A stretch of DNA of 64,000 nt from Rickettsiales bacterium (GTDB lineage: Bacteria; Pseudomonadota; Alphaproteobacteria; Rickettsiales; UBA3002), in the NCBI GenBank assembly GCA_037968615.1, contig JBBKVX010000009.1, forward strand, positions 7,641 through 71,640, in the 5' to 3' direction. Positions 1 to 9,549 of this stretch are shown piece after piece. Both the position numbers and the translations under genes were made by a program. Below the pieces are notes generated by a model. The model was not told where the DNA came from and did no database searches. It saw only the letters and a list, made by a program, of their open reading frames with translations. How positions within the stretch are numbered: position 1 is the first letter of the stretch; every line of letters begins with the position of its first letter.

Positions 1-1939
1 CCGCGTGGAACGCTGCGCCCTTGATGGCAGCTCGATCGCTGAAACTGACTGGTGGGTGGATCTCGAAGAACACATGGCGTCCGTCGCGGCTGCGATGCAC
101 ATGGCGGACGGCCATGCCATGCAGGCCGATGCGTGGTTTGGGGGTGCCTTCACCGTAGGGGCGGAGTCTCTCCTGCTGCAGAGCGAACGTATGCAGGGCT
201 TCGTCGGGGGTTTGAGTGGAGCCTTTGGCGGCCGCCGCGAAGTCCAATACACCCGCGAGGGGAATGCGTTGTGTTTCACGTGCGTTGATGGCCGCCTGCC
301 CCAATTTTTCTTCCAGACGCCGACGGATTGGTTCGAGCTGGGCCTGCTCGAAACTTGCGCCGGCGGCCATCGGATGCCCGCCGGCTTTCAACATGATATG
401 GTCTTCCTCGCACATGGCGCGCAATGCGGTTCCTAGATCGACGCTGTCGTTTGGCGTTTTCAGGCTACGGGCAGAGGCTTTGTAAACGCCGCTTTTTGCG
501 TTGAGGCTTGCGACCATGACGGGGCGGTTGAACTCCTCTTTTAGCCTGCCTGCGACGATGCCGATGACGCCCTCGTGCCAGTCGTCGCCGGCGATAAGCA
601 AGGTGCCGCAATCGGGGTGTTTCTCGACATAAGCGGATGCCTGCTTCCGCGCTTCGCGAAGCACTTGGTGCTCCACCAATTTGCGGCGCTGATTCGCCTC
701 GCGCGAACCGAGCATCAAACCGTATTGTTTGGCGTCGATCGCGATGCCCTCAGGCACTGGAACTGCTGCTGATTGCGCGGGCTTTTTCAGTTTGGCGCCG
801 ACGTTCGGGTCATTCGAAAATGACTGATATCTCGTTTGAAGATGGTCGTAGAGATCCATGTTCTGGCGACGATTTGCTCGCATCAGCGTTTCGGTGTGTG
901 TGGTCGTGGCTTCTGCTGGGCCGAGGAAGTTCCATGCCACCGACTGGTTTAGGCGACCGGGCGCGTTGATGATGGGCGTGAGCTGGAAAGAGATATCTTC
1001 TTCCGTGAGTTTCTTGGGATCGGGAATCTGCGCCACTTTAGCCAACGCCGTAATGTTGGGGTCGCGCCCTTCGCGTATCACTCTGAGCCCCTCATTCAGC
1101 AATGTGCGGTTCAGCGGGCGGCGGATATTTACCACATCGCCCTGCGTGGCAAGCGCCACCAGCCCAAGCCAGTCGCGCGGATTAGGCGCGGGCAGGGCTT
1201 TGGTGTAATGCCCTCTCGCCTTCAACATTTCAGCCGCTCGACGGCAGACCAGCCAAGTGACGCCAACCGCCGCAAGATCGCCCACACCGAGCGGATCGTT
1301 CTTGATGTCGTCGGGTTCGTCGCTGCGACGGGGGTTCACCACCAGCGCACCTTTAGGCAGGTCATGGCCGATGGAATTGGGGTGGTGGTCGATCACCGTC
1401 ACGTCCATGCCCAGTTCCTGCGCCAATCCCAATGGGGCGTTGGCCAGCGTGCCGTTATCCAGCGTCATCAGCAGGGAAACGTTCTTGTCGCGCATGGCTT
1501 CCACGGCTTCGCCATTGACGCCATAACCCTCGATCTCGCGGTTGGGAATATGCACGTCGATATGGTCGCGCGGTACGCCGGAAGCTTGCAGGAACCGCAC
1601 CATCAGGGCGGTGGAGCAGTTGCCGTCGCAATCGTAATCGCCGCTGATGCCGATGCGTTCGCCTTTTTGCACGGCGTCGGCCAGTCGCCCTGCGGCGGCG
1701 TCGAGATCCTTCAGTCGGTTGTAGCCGGGCAGAATATCGGTATCGAGGGTTGCATAGGAAACCGGCGCAAAGAAGGTGGCGGCGCTGGCTATGTCCATAT
1801 GGGGCATGGAGGCGACGGCAGCGACAAGCAACGGATCCGCATCGGGATATGTCCCGCGCAACAGCGTAGCAAGCCGCCGATCGGGGCGTGCGACCGTTAC
1901 ATGATGCTGGCGTACCGTCTGCGTAGGTGCCTTTTCCAT
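1..1939 (-). CDS. recJ: Single-stranded-DNA-specific exonuclease RecJ (3' end runs off the window start)
   Basis: My own minus-strand translation from ATG 1939 gives MEKAPTQTV...GISGDYDCDGNCSTAL...TVIDHHPN...GGHPMAAGASF, i.e. DHH and DHHA1 motifs. It is absent from the ORF track because there is no stop inside the window. The + ORFs 5..436 and 1208..2119 are its antisense shadows. The frame stays open upstream to a possible GTG, so the start is uncertain. Confidence 0.9.
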   Translation of the reverse strand, partial: MEKAPTQTVRQHHVTVARPDRRLATLLRGTYPDADPLLVAAVASMPHMDIASAATFFAPVSYATLDTDILPGYNRLKDLDAAAGRLADAVQKGERIGISGDYDCDGNCSTALMVRFLQASGVPRDHIDVHIPNREIEGYGVNGEAVEAMRDKNVSLLMTLDNGTLANAPLGLAQELGMDVTVIDHHPNSIGHDLPKGALVVNPRRSDEPDDIKNDPLGVGDLAAVGVTWLVCRRAAEMLKARGHYTKALPAPNPRDWLGLVALATQGDVVNIRRPLNRTLLNEGLRVIREGRDPNITALAKVAQIPDPKKLTEEDISFQLTPIINAPGRLNQSVAWNFLGPAEATTTHTETLMRANRRQNMDLYDHLQTRYQSFSNDPNVGAKLKKPAQSAAVPVPEGIAIDAKQYGLMLGSREANQRRKLVEHQVLREARKQASAYVEKHPDCGTLLIAGDDWHEGVIGIVAGRLKEEFNRPVMVASLNAKSGVYKASARSLKTPNDSVDLGTALRAMCEEDHIMLKAGGHPMAAGASFEQAQLEPIRRRLEEKLGQAAINARETQRIPLAGVLDFAAAAKGSTQTPDEALHTFALQQERLRPYGEGTPKPRIGLHGMAVRHVHRSRDGRHVFFEIHPPVSFSDRAAIKGAAFHA

Positions 1940-2115
1940 GCCGGGCTTATAGCGGTTCCGGCACGATTTGAATGTGACAGAACGGTGAAGTTTTTTTTCT
2001 TTGCTGGGATTCCTAATGGCCGCTTGGTAGCGGTGTTGGGAACAGACATGCACACAGCATGCAATTCAGGGGCTAAGCGACCAATGAAGCTACGTTACAA
2101 ACAGGGAAGAGAAGC

Positions 2116-4293
2116 ATGAGCCCCGAGCGCATTCTCGTGTTCGAGACGTCGGCGTTGCTGGCGACCCTGTCGCAATTCACCGATCCGCATACGCACTCGC
2201 CGGTAGCGCTAGAACGGCTGCTGCAAACTGCGCCCGGGCAACGCGCCCCCGTGGATCGGATCGTGATCCCCGACCATGTGTTCTATGAACTGAGCGGCCT
2301 GCTTCCCGTGTGTTTCCCCGAGATGCAGCGCAAGCTTGCCGCAGCACAGAACGATCCGAAAGCGCTTGATAGAGTGATCGATCTATACGTGCTGGCGTCG
2401 CCCCGTGGCGAGGTGAATGACCCACGCGGTGAGCAGAAAAGCCATATACGCGTGCTCCTAAAATTCATCGCGCAGCATCCCGACAGCCTCGTTCGCACGG
2501 ATACCAGCGAGGCCTATTGCCGCCGACTGATGGCGGATTACAATGGGCTAAGCAGCAACGGCGATTCCCTGAAACGCTACTGCCCCACTTTTGCCGATGC
2601 CTTCGCCCATCTGGACAAACAGTTCCAATCCACGGGCTTGCGCATCCATGCGGGACAGCTGCGCATGATGGGGTTGCTGAGCGAGGACGAATATAACGAA
2701 CGGCTCGATCGTCCGGAAACACCGCTCAGCAAGCAACAGCGTTTCTTCCTGAAAGGCGAGATGCTCGACAGGCTTGGCCGCAAGATCGAATCGCCTGGCA
2801 CGAAACCGGAACAAGCGCTGCTCACTCCCGGCTTCATCGAGAAAATGAAAAAGCAGGAAGAGGGCATCAAGGATACGAAATACGCCACCATCGGTTTCTT
2901 CCGGCGCCACCCAAAGATTCTCCAGTTGGCGCGGGAGCGTTATGAAAGCCCCTCCATCCGCGAGGAGCGCACGCAATGGAGCGACGAACAATGGCTGCAA
3001 CAGGCGCTGGGACCATCGCGTCTGCTGATGGAACATTATCTGTATGGTGGCATCATCCCGCCTTACAACCCATCGCTGCTGATCGCCGCGCAGACGCTCG
3101 GGTTCGACACAGCAGGCTTGAGTAAGAACAGTGATAGCGACGTGATCCGACGGCATCTCTACAATCAGGGGTTCTTTGAAGTGACGCCGGACCTGGAACA
3201 GTTGAACCGCATTGCGGCGGGCCTGAAAGCCGAGGGAATTGCCTCGAAGGAACTCGACGACCTGATCCAAGCTATACCCCAAGCGGGCAAGCAGCAGCAA
3301 ACGCGCTTCAACGCGGCGTGCAGCACTAAGGGTATCGTGCCGTACGAAAAAGTATTCAGCGACGGGTTGGTGAATGGCGCCATCGAATGGCCGCAGTTCT
3401 GGAAATTAGTGACGGCGGTGGATGGGTTGCACCATCAGAATGGCGGCTATATAGGCAGCAAGAGCGGCGACATTCTCGTCAAGCCTGGCGCCACGCCCGA
3501 TCAAAGCGCCATCCTCATACGGCAGGACGGGTTCACCAGCCGCGCTGGACTTACCGTGCCCGATCGCTTCATCAGCCATGCATCGCGCAGCGTGCATCTG
3601 GCCGGCAAGCAGGGAAATTATTATGAATTGCCCGCGATGGAGCTGGTGAAACGTTGCCGCGCAGGGCGGCTGGACCATAAACTCTCAAGCCGCCTGTACC
3701 GTGTGTTCGAGGCGATGTTGTATCCACCCATCGCGCGGGATGCGGTGGATGTGCGCAATGAAGCGCGGGGCATTCTGGGCGACGAACGTGTGGTGCAGTT
3801 GGAGAAAGATTTCGCCAACCGCCACGCGCGCAAGAGCCGAAAGGTCGAGCCTCCCTACCGTAGTCTGTTCTCGTCGCTGCATGTGAACGGGCGTCTCATG
3901 CGCAAGAATCTAGGGGAAGTGGCGACGCTGGAAGTGGCCGCCGCTGAGATGGACCAGTATCCCAATGCCCATGTCTGGTTGATAAACCACGACAGCGATC
4001 TGTTCCCCACTAAGCCCAGCAAAGGCGACATCCAGCTCGAGGATGCTATTGTGCGCCAGCATAGCGGGTTATGGTCGGGCGTGCGGCAGTTGAACGAACG
4101 TGTGGCGGGTAACGGCCACTTGCATCTCGTGCCGACGGCGCCTCAGTTTTTGAACGATATGCAGGTATTGATGGGCGGACAACCGCGCAGCGAGTACGAA
4201 GGCGTTAAAGCGAAGCAGATCATCACCCAGCATCGCAGCACCAGCTGGAGCGACACGGTGGCGCAGGACATGGCCGCGCAGCGTCACCGCTGA
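2116..4293 (+). CDS. Hypothetical 725-aa protein; putative PIN-like nuclease fold split by a ~530-aa insertion
   Basis: ATG 2116 follows the purine-rich stretch agggaagag, and third-position GC is coding-like. N-terminus ERILVFETSALLATL...DRIVIPDHVFYELSG and aa ~597-630 NLGEVATLEVAAAEMDQYPNAHVWLINHDSDL resemble the first and second halves of COG2405-type PIN proteins (vvDtSpLi..L....viP..V..El / lGEaeaiaLA....lliDD). I recognise nothing in the intervening sequence. Confidence 0.6.
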   Translation: MSPERILVFETSALLATLSQFTDPHTHSPVALERLLQTAPGQRAPVDRIVIPDHVFYELSGLLPVCFPEMQRKLAAAQNDPKALDRVIDLYVLASPRGEVNDPRGEQKSHIRVLLKFIAQHPDSLVRTDTSEAYCRRLMADYNGLSSNGDSLKRYCPTFADAFAHLDKQFQSTGLRIHAGQLRMMGLLSEDEYNERLDRPETPLSKQQRFFLKGEMLDRLGRKIESPGTKPEQALLTPGFIEKMKKQEEGIKDTKYATIGFFRRHPKILQLARERYESPSIREERTQWSDEQWLQQALGPSRLLMEHYLYGGIIPPYNPSLLIAAQTLGFDTAGLSKNSDSDVIRRHLYNQGFFEVTPDLEQLNRIAAGLKAEGIASKELDDLIQAIPQAGKQQQTRFNAACSTKGIVPYEKVFSDGLVNGAIEWPQFWKLVTAVDGLHHQNGGYIGSKSGDILVKPGATPDQSAILIRQDGFTSRAGLTVPDRFISHASRSVHLAGKQGNYYELPAMELVKRCRAGRLDHKLSSRLYRVFEAMLYPPIARDAVDVRNEARGILGDERVVQLEKDFANRHARKSRKVEPPYRSLFSSLHVNGRLMRKNLGEVATLEVAAAEMDQYPNAHVWLINHDSDLFPTKPSKGDIQLEDAIVRQHSGLWSGVRQLNERVAGNGHLHLVPTAPQFLNDMQVLMGGQPRSEYEGVKAKQIITQHRSTSWSDTVAQDMAAQRHR

Positions 4294-4294
4294 T

Positions 4295-7200
4295 TTAATG
4301 CCTTTGCTGCTGGCCTGCAGCGCGCAATGTTTTCAGTATTTCCTGCGGATCGATACCGTGCGCCTCGGCGCGCTGGAGCGATGCATCCAGTGATGGTCGT
4401 TTGCCTGTGCGTTTTGCAAACGATGCGCCTTTGGTTTCCGCAAATGCACTGAGTGCCGTACGCACATCATGCGCGCTGGCAAAACGATCGAACGCCATCT
4501 GACCACGCACCGCGGTGCGCACGAACGGCACCTGCAGGGTTTGCTCGCCACCTTCGTCGGGCGTGGCGGGCAGGTTCAAGCCCATCCCGACAGAGGCAAG
4601 GCGCAGCGCCGCCCATGCTTTAACACGCCCCACTTTGTCTTGCGGCAGGTCAATGGTGCAGGTGATGCCGGTGACATGCTTGTCGAGCGTGACGGTCTTG
4701 ACCATCGGCACGGCGAACAGGCGGCCAGCGGCGCGGTCCACCCACGCGTAGAGATGCGGTGGGATTTCCTTCGAGCGGTTCTTATGCTGGCACCACTGGT
4801 CGAACATTTTGCTCAACGCATCTGTGGGAATCTCGATTGCACCGTTCTGCATCAGCACGGGCTCGGCGCCGCCTTCCGCCAGTTGTTGCAGCACATGGCT
4901 GCGCAGCTGATCCTGCTGCGTGTCAATCAGTCGGCGGATGTTTGGCACCGTCTGTTCGTGCAAACCGACCATCTCGGGGTGGGTTCGGATCTTCTGGCCG
5001 ATCTCGCCGATCTGGGTGGCGCTCTCATCGCTCAACCGGCCGGCCATTGCCGAGTCTTGTTGCAGCATCACCAGCAAGCCCTGCAGGTCGCGCACATGGT
5101 GGTACTTTACCATCAGCAGATCGTGCGTTTCCTTCAGCACTTTTTCGACGGAGCTCAGCAATGCCTTGCGCTGTTTGAACACGTAATACGGGTCCATCAC
5201 ATTGTCGGTGAGCCGCTCGGATTCGCGCTGTTCGGTGCTGTAACGCTTGGCCATCAACAGCTCAAACACCCGTTCCTCATGGCCGGGTTCGTCGATGACC
5301 TGGAGATGCTCTTTAATGTTCTTACTGTCGAGGTCCACCTCCATGCCGATCCGCTCGCGCGTATGGGCTTTGCGGTTGCTGTCGAACGTGCGCTTACTGC
5401 TGTTGCTCAGCGCCCGTACAATTTTTTCTTCCTCCCATCCAGCGCGCGCGAAACAGTGGCTGGCCTGTTGTAGATAAGAGCGACGGTTCGCTTCGTCCTG
5501 CGGCGGTGTGATCTCTGACATGTTGAGATAATGGTTGCCACGCGTGGCGTAGGCACCGGTGATCTCGCTCTCGATGCTGGCGGCGATAGCGGGGTTCTGT
5601 GCGAGCCATGCTTCGGGTTCCTGCGGGCGCGACGAGGGCTGGGTTAGCAGGTCATATTGTTTCAGCAATTTTGTACCGGTCACATCCGATTTTTTTGCTT
5701 CCGAAAAACAGCTGCGCACATAATCGCGGGCCTCGGCGCTCCCATGCTCGCGGTAGAGGCGAATGATGGCGCCCTGTTGTTCGGGGCTGATCGCCTCGTA
5801 GGCTTCGGAGAGTAGGTAACGCAGTGCCGTGTCGGGCATGTCGCTCTGCTCGAGGGCAATGCCGCGCAACCTCCGGAATGCCGCGCGCCATGCATGGTTT
5901 TGAAATTCTGCTTCGCTCTTTTCCCCAAGCAAGGAAAGTGTTTTGTCTCGGTATGGTTGCATGAGAGTAGCAAGGTCGCTGCGTGGATCGTAGGCGGAGA
6001 GTTGCATCGCATATTCGTCCATCATGGTCGCCATGGCGCCGCCGACTTCCTGCAACAGCCCTCGGCTGTGGTCGCCGCCCAGAAGCGCCTTGCGCGCCAC
6101 CGCGATGTCCTCTTTCAGTTGCTTGCTGCCGAACGCTACGTTGCTGAGGCGCTCCTGCGCCGTGTGCACATCGCGGCGCGCATCCGCGCCCGCTACTTTC
6201 TTAAGAGTGTTCCCGGTGCCCGCCAGTTCGTGCAGCAGCAAGCCCAGGGTGGTCAGCTCCTGCTCAAGTTCCTGCGTCAGATCGATGCTGGTGGGGTCGG
6301 TGTTGAATTCGGCACCGCCCAGAAGCTGAAGATACTGGGTGAGCGCGCTGCTTAGGCGCAGCATTTTGTCCTGTTCGTGATGCACGGTCTCGCTGAGATG
6401 CACAAGATCCGCACGCCGCTCATCGACCTGTGTTGGATCCGGCAGATGCGTCTGCAAGCGGCGAATCGATCCATCTGCCGTCGTATCGGCCAGTTCGCGA
6501 TGCACCATCAGCATGTCGTTCATTAGGCGTGGCCGGTCGAGGAAGCTAAGCTGCGGCAGGTTCAGATGCACATGGGTGCCATCGGGCGTGAAGTCGATGC
6601 TTTCGGCCGCGACGCGTTGCGACCCGGTCGATTTGCTGAGTTCGTATAAGAACAGCGACGCTTTCTCTAGCATCGGCCGCATGGTGCGTTCGCTGTGCTT
6701 GCCCACCTGGAGGCGGTCTGCACCGCGCAGGGCAACATCCGCTTTCCGGCCAGCCAGCCGCGCCGCAAGCTGCAGAAGCACGGGATTGGCCGTCACCGTA
6801 AAACCACCATCCATTGTCGGTTCAATGTGAAAACGATGCGGGCCGACGATGTCGCTCTTCTCGACCACAAGCTCCTTCTTGCGGAAGGCGAGCTGCATGT
6901 CGGGCGCAGTCTGGTCGAGCTGATGCGCGGATTTCAACTGCCCTTCGGCCTGAGTGTGCGGCACCAGCCAGCATTCGCGTTTCTCGTTCATTTCCAGCGC
7001 GTCGCCATGGCCGCGCAGCAATTTTCCCTGCACTACCTTGAGGAATTCAGGTGGGGTTTTAGACGCGTCGTTATCCTTTACGCTTTCTTCCTGTGCCCGT
7101 TGCAGGGCGACCGACCAATGAAACGCGTTCTTCATCAGTTGGTGGATGTCGACCTTGATGCTGGTGTTGTAGGCTTTGAACGGAATGCCCAGTTGGTAAA

Positions 7201-9388
7201 GCAGCCCAAGCGTTTCCAGCGACACACCGTCGCGTTGGTCGATGGTGCCCATGTCGCCTTGTATGGAGATGCCGTACGTACCGGGCAGGCGCCCCAGTCG
7301 ATAGAGCAGCCAACTTGCGTCGCGCACGAGGTTGGAGGATTTTTCTCCCCGCGGGCCATCCTTTTCCATTGGATTCAGATCAGGGTAGTCGTGGAACGCT
7401 TCCATGGTTCCTGTCAGCACATATCGCGGCGATTGTTGTTGTGCGTGCGGGTCGGGCGTCGCCAGCCGCACGGCGATCGGGCCGTGCCGTGTGGTGATGC
7501 CTTGCGCCACCAGTTCCGCCAACGAGCGTTCGAGGCGGAATGCCATGGAGGCCAGCACCGTATCCGATACAACAAGCTGCATTTGGCCTTCAGGCGCAGG
7601 GCGTATCTGAACCATGGCGGGCGCGGCTGCTCTCTTGCTTGAGGCATCGTCGAGTTCTTCGGTGGCGTCGCTCTGCGTTTCTTCTTCTTGCTCGCTCGGC
7701 CCGAAACCGTTCACGTAGGGAATGGCGCCCAGCTTCAATTGCGACAGCAGATCCTGCTGAAGCGCAGGAATGGCCGCAAGAATCGAGGCGCCCACTGGCA
7801 GATGCAGCAGGCATTCCCCGAATGCCCGCTGGTGGCCCTTAATTCGGATATTGAGCGAGCCGTCGTCGCGTTCGCTTAACAGCACCATACCCACCCGGCG
7901 GTCTTTTTTACGCAGGGCCGCAATCAGCTGTAATAATTCCTCGGCTTGTGCCGGATGCGCGTTGATAAAGGCGAAATTGGCGCGCAGCGATGCGTAGGGC
8001 ACGCCTTCAATGGTGATACGTTCGCCGGATGCGTCGCGCGCATGGAGCACCACGTCCATTTTCGTGCCGGTCGAATCGAAGGGGGCAAGGGTATGGATGG
8101 TCGGGCTATCCATGACTTGCTGGAAGAAAATACATTTCTTGAGGAAGTTGATGGAAAGCGGGTTCTTACGCTCGGCGTTGATGATCACGCGATGATGCGT
8201 CCGGTCGATATCGACCAGATGATGCGGTGCGCGGCTGTTAACGCGCGTCACCTCATCGAAGCCTTCGAGGAAATGCCAGAAGCGCTGCGCTTTGTCGTCG
8301 AGCTTTTTCGGGTCCGCTGAAAAATTCAGTTGGACATCGCCCGCCACCCTATCCGGCTGGTGACGATGTTGGCGTTCGTCCAATGGCTCGGCCGTGGCTC
8401 CGTCATCGAACTTGCGCACCAGCTTATGGTACAGATCGGTCATGGTAGGGATGCTTCCGGTCGCATGGTCCTGCAGGCGCAGCGCCAGCCGCGCCGTCAT
8501 GGTTACATCCTCCACGGCCATATGCTCGTGCCGACCGCTGAATGCAGGATCGATCAGCGAGCGATACGCGTCGTCGAGCGTGTTGCTGGCGCCGAAACCT
8601 TTTTCGGCGAGGTAGCCGTGGTAAAGGCAGCGGTAGCTGGCGGAGTTACGGTAGGGTTCGGCCACCTGTGTCACGGCATGCATCAACCCAACGAGCCGCG
8701 CTTGCTGGGTGGGGTTTGCCTCGGCGTAGGAAACGGTTTCCAATTCGCGCAATGCTTTTTTAACGTCGTTCGGTAATCCACGCAGATTATGCTGTAGCGT
8801 CTGGTGCCGATCGGCGCGCGCCAGGTCGTGCGCCTGCACATCTTCCTGAAGTTTTCCGAGGAATGGCAGGTCGAAAGGCGCGTTGTAATACACGTCGCGC
8901 GTCCCGCTACGGGTGAACGCCATGAATTCCGGCAGCACCTCGTAGAAAGGCGCTGCGGACACTTTCTTGCCTTTGACCTTAAGCCCGGTGATGGGGCCAT
9001 CCAAAGGCTTGCGGATGATCTCGGTACCGGTAACTTCCAGTGCTTTGGGGTCGATCTCGTATTCGTAACGGCGACGGTCGTAAGGCGGTGCCGGCTTCTT
9101 TTCTGCGGCGGCTTTGTGGCACAATGCGAGGTAATCGCGGAATTCCGGTTTCAGCGGCAGCACATAGCTTTGGAACAATTTAAGTTTCGGTTCGCCGTTC
9201 TCAACCACCGCGCGGGTGGAGGCGATTTCCGTCACCCCGTGGCGCTCTCGCGATAAGCCGGTCGTTTCGGTATCGGAAACAGAGATATCCAGCGCGGCAA
9301 GTTCAGCGATTTCCTGTGCGGGCACACGCGGTGAGCCATCCGGTGTGCGGGCGTGGGTGATGTCCGTAATGTAGGTGCCTGTGTGCAT
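4295..9388 (-). CDS. Giant 1697-aa protein with N-terminal DEDDh (DnaQ/epsilon-like) 3'-5' exonuclease domain; remainder unknown
   Basis: ExoI VSDTETTGL, ExoII YYNAPFDLPFL and ExoIII HMAVEDVTM (H-x4-D) all lie in the first ~300 aa. The remaining ~1350 aa are helix-rich with no motif I recognise. A GAGGGG purine run lies just upstream of ATG 9388. Confidence 0.8.
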   Translation of the reverse strand: MHTGTYITDITHARTPDGSPRVPAQEIAELAALDISVSDTETTGLSRERHGVTEIASTRAVVENGEPKLKLFQSYVLPLKPEFRDYLALCHKAAAEKKPAPPYDRRRYEYEIDPKALEVTGTEIIRKPLDGPITGLKVKGKKVSAAPFYEVLPEFMAFTRSGTRDVYYNAPFDLPFLGKLQEDVQAHDLARADRHQTLQHNLRGLPNDVKKALRELETVSYAEANPTQQARLVGLMHAVTQVAEPYRNSASYRCLYHGYLAEKGFGASNTLDDAYRSLIDPAFSGRHEHMAVEDVTMTARLALRLQDHATGSIPTMTDLYHKLVRKFDDGATAEPLDERQHRHQPDRVAGDVQLNFSADPKKLDDKAQRFWHFLEGFDEVTRVNSRAPHHLVDIDRTHHRVIINAERKNPLSINFLKKCIFFQQVMDSPTIHTLAPFDSTGTKMDVVLHARDASGERITIEGVPYASLRANFAFINAHPAQAEELLQLIAALRKKDRRVGMVLLSERDDGSLNIRIKGHQRAFGECLLHLPVGASILAAIPALQQDLLSQLKLGAIPYVNGFGPSEQEEETQSDATEELDDASSKRAAAPAMVQIRPAPEGQMQLVVSDTVLASMAFRLERSLAELVAQGITTRHGPIAVRLATPDPHAQQQSPRYVLTGTMEAFHDYPDLNPMEKDGPRGEKSSNLVRDASWLLYRLGRLPGTYGISIQGDMGTIDQRDGVSLETLGLLYQLGIPFKAYNTSIKVDIHQLMKNAFHWSVALQRAQEESVKDNDASKTPPEFLKVVQGKLLRGHGDALEMNEKRECWLVPHTQAEGQLKSAHQLDQTAPDMQLAFRKKELVVEKSDIVGPHRFHIEPTMDGGFTVTANPVLLQLAARLAGRKADVALRGADRLQVGKHSERTMRPMLEKASLFLYELSKSTGSQRVAAESIDFTPDGTHVHLNLPQLSFLDRPRLMNDMLMVHRELADTTADGSIRRLQTHLPDPTQVDERRADLVHLSETVHHEQDKMLRLSSALTQYLQLLGGAEFNTDPTSIDLTQELEQELTTLGLLLHELAGTGNTLKKVAGADARRDVHTAQERLSNVAFGSKQLKEDIAVARKALLGGDHSRGLLQEVGGAMATMMDEYAMQLSAYDPRSDLATLMQPYRDKTLSLLGEKSEAEFQNHAWRAAFRRLRGIALEQSDMPDTALRYLLSEAYEAISPEQQGAIIRLYREHGSAEARDYVRSCFSEAKKSDVTGTKLLKQYDLLTQPSSRPQEPEAWLAQNPAIAASIESEITGAYATRGNHYLNMSEITPPQDEANRRSYLQQASHCFARAGWEEEKIVRALSNSSKRTFDSNRKAHTRERIGMEVDLDSKNIKEHLQVIDEPGHEERVFELLMAKRYSTEQRESERLTDNVMDPYYVFKQRKALLSSVEKVLKETHDLLMVKYHHVRDLQGLLVMLQQDSAMAGRLSDESATQIGEIGQKIRTHPEMVGLHEQTVPNIRRLIDTQQDQLRSHVLQQLAEGGAEPVLMQNGAIEIPTDALSKMFDQWCQHKNRSKEIPPHLYAWVDRAAGRLFAVPMVKTVTLDKHVTGITCTIDLPQDKVGRVKAWAALRLASVGMGLNLPATPDEGGEQTLQVPFVRTAVRGQMAFDRFASAHDVRTALSAFAETKGASFAKRTGKRPSLDASLQRAEAHGIDPQEILKTLRAAGQQQRH

Positions 9389-9453
9389 ACGCCCCTCAAA
9401 GGAGCCGACACCCTACCCATAAATCCGCGCTACAGTGTGACAGGTTTATGAAT

Positions 9454-9482
9454 ATTATACGGTTAGTTATGTGTTTGGCTCA
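9454..9482 (-). promoter_or_regulatory. Candidate sigma70-type promoter for the 1697-aa gene
   Basis: Perfect TATAAT on the minus strand (plus-strand attata, 9454..9459), ~65 nt upstream of ATG 9388. Only a weak -35 candidate (tgagcc) sits 17 nt further upstream. Confidence 0.3.
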
Positions 9483-9549
9483 TGCTCCGTGCCCAAGCCA
9501 TGCGTAAAGTGGGTAACGCTCCACTCAGCAAGCATCAGGAAGGGTGTTT

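Noticed and set aside
1208-2119. Long + strand ORF (303 aa), plus 5..436 and other ORFs over the first 2 kb
   Set aside because: They are antisense shadows of recJ, which reads clearly on the minus strand with DHH/DHHA1 motifs. Their translations are His/Gly/Arg/Val-rich with no motifs, as is typical of off-frame ORFs in high-GC DNA.
4260-4330. Similar C-terminal endings of the two convergent orphan proteins (...AAQRHR and ...AAGQQQRH) as a possible shared signal or inverted DNA repeat
   Set aside because: The underlying DNA is not a clean inverted repeat. A 4-5 residue resemblance at GC-rich gene ends is easily coincidental, so it is only touched on in the 4295..9388 finding as a weak secretion-signal idea.
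4469-5473. Many 100-560-aa ORFs antisense to, or out of frame with, the large genes (e.g. 4469..5473, 6695..7642, 17362..18981, 25912..27348, 27934..29211, 44252..45922, 48610..49980, 53100..54530, 56600..57889)
   Set aside because: Each lies entirely inside a gene with strong family motifs on the opposite strand or in another frame. Their composition (runs of R, H, G, A, Q) and lack of SD or motifs indicate that they are non-coding shadow ORFs.
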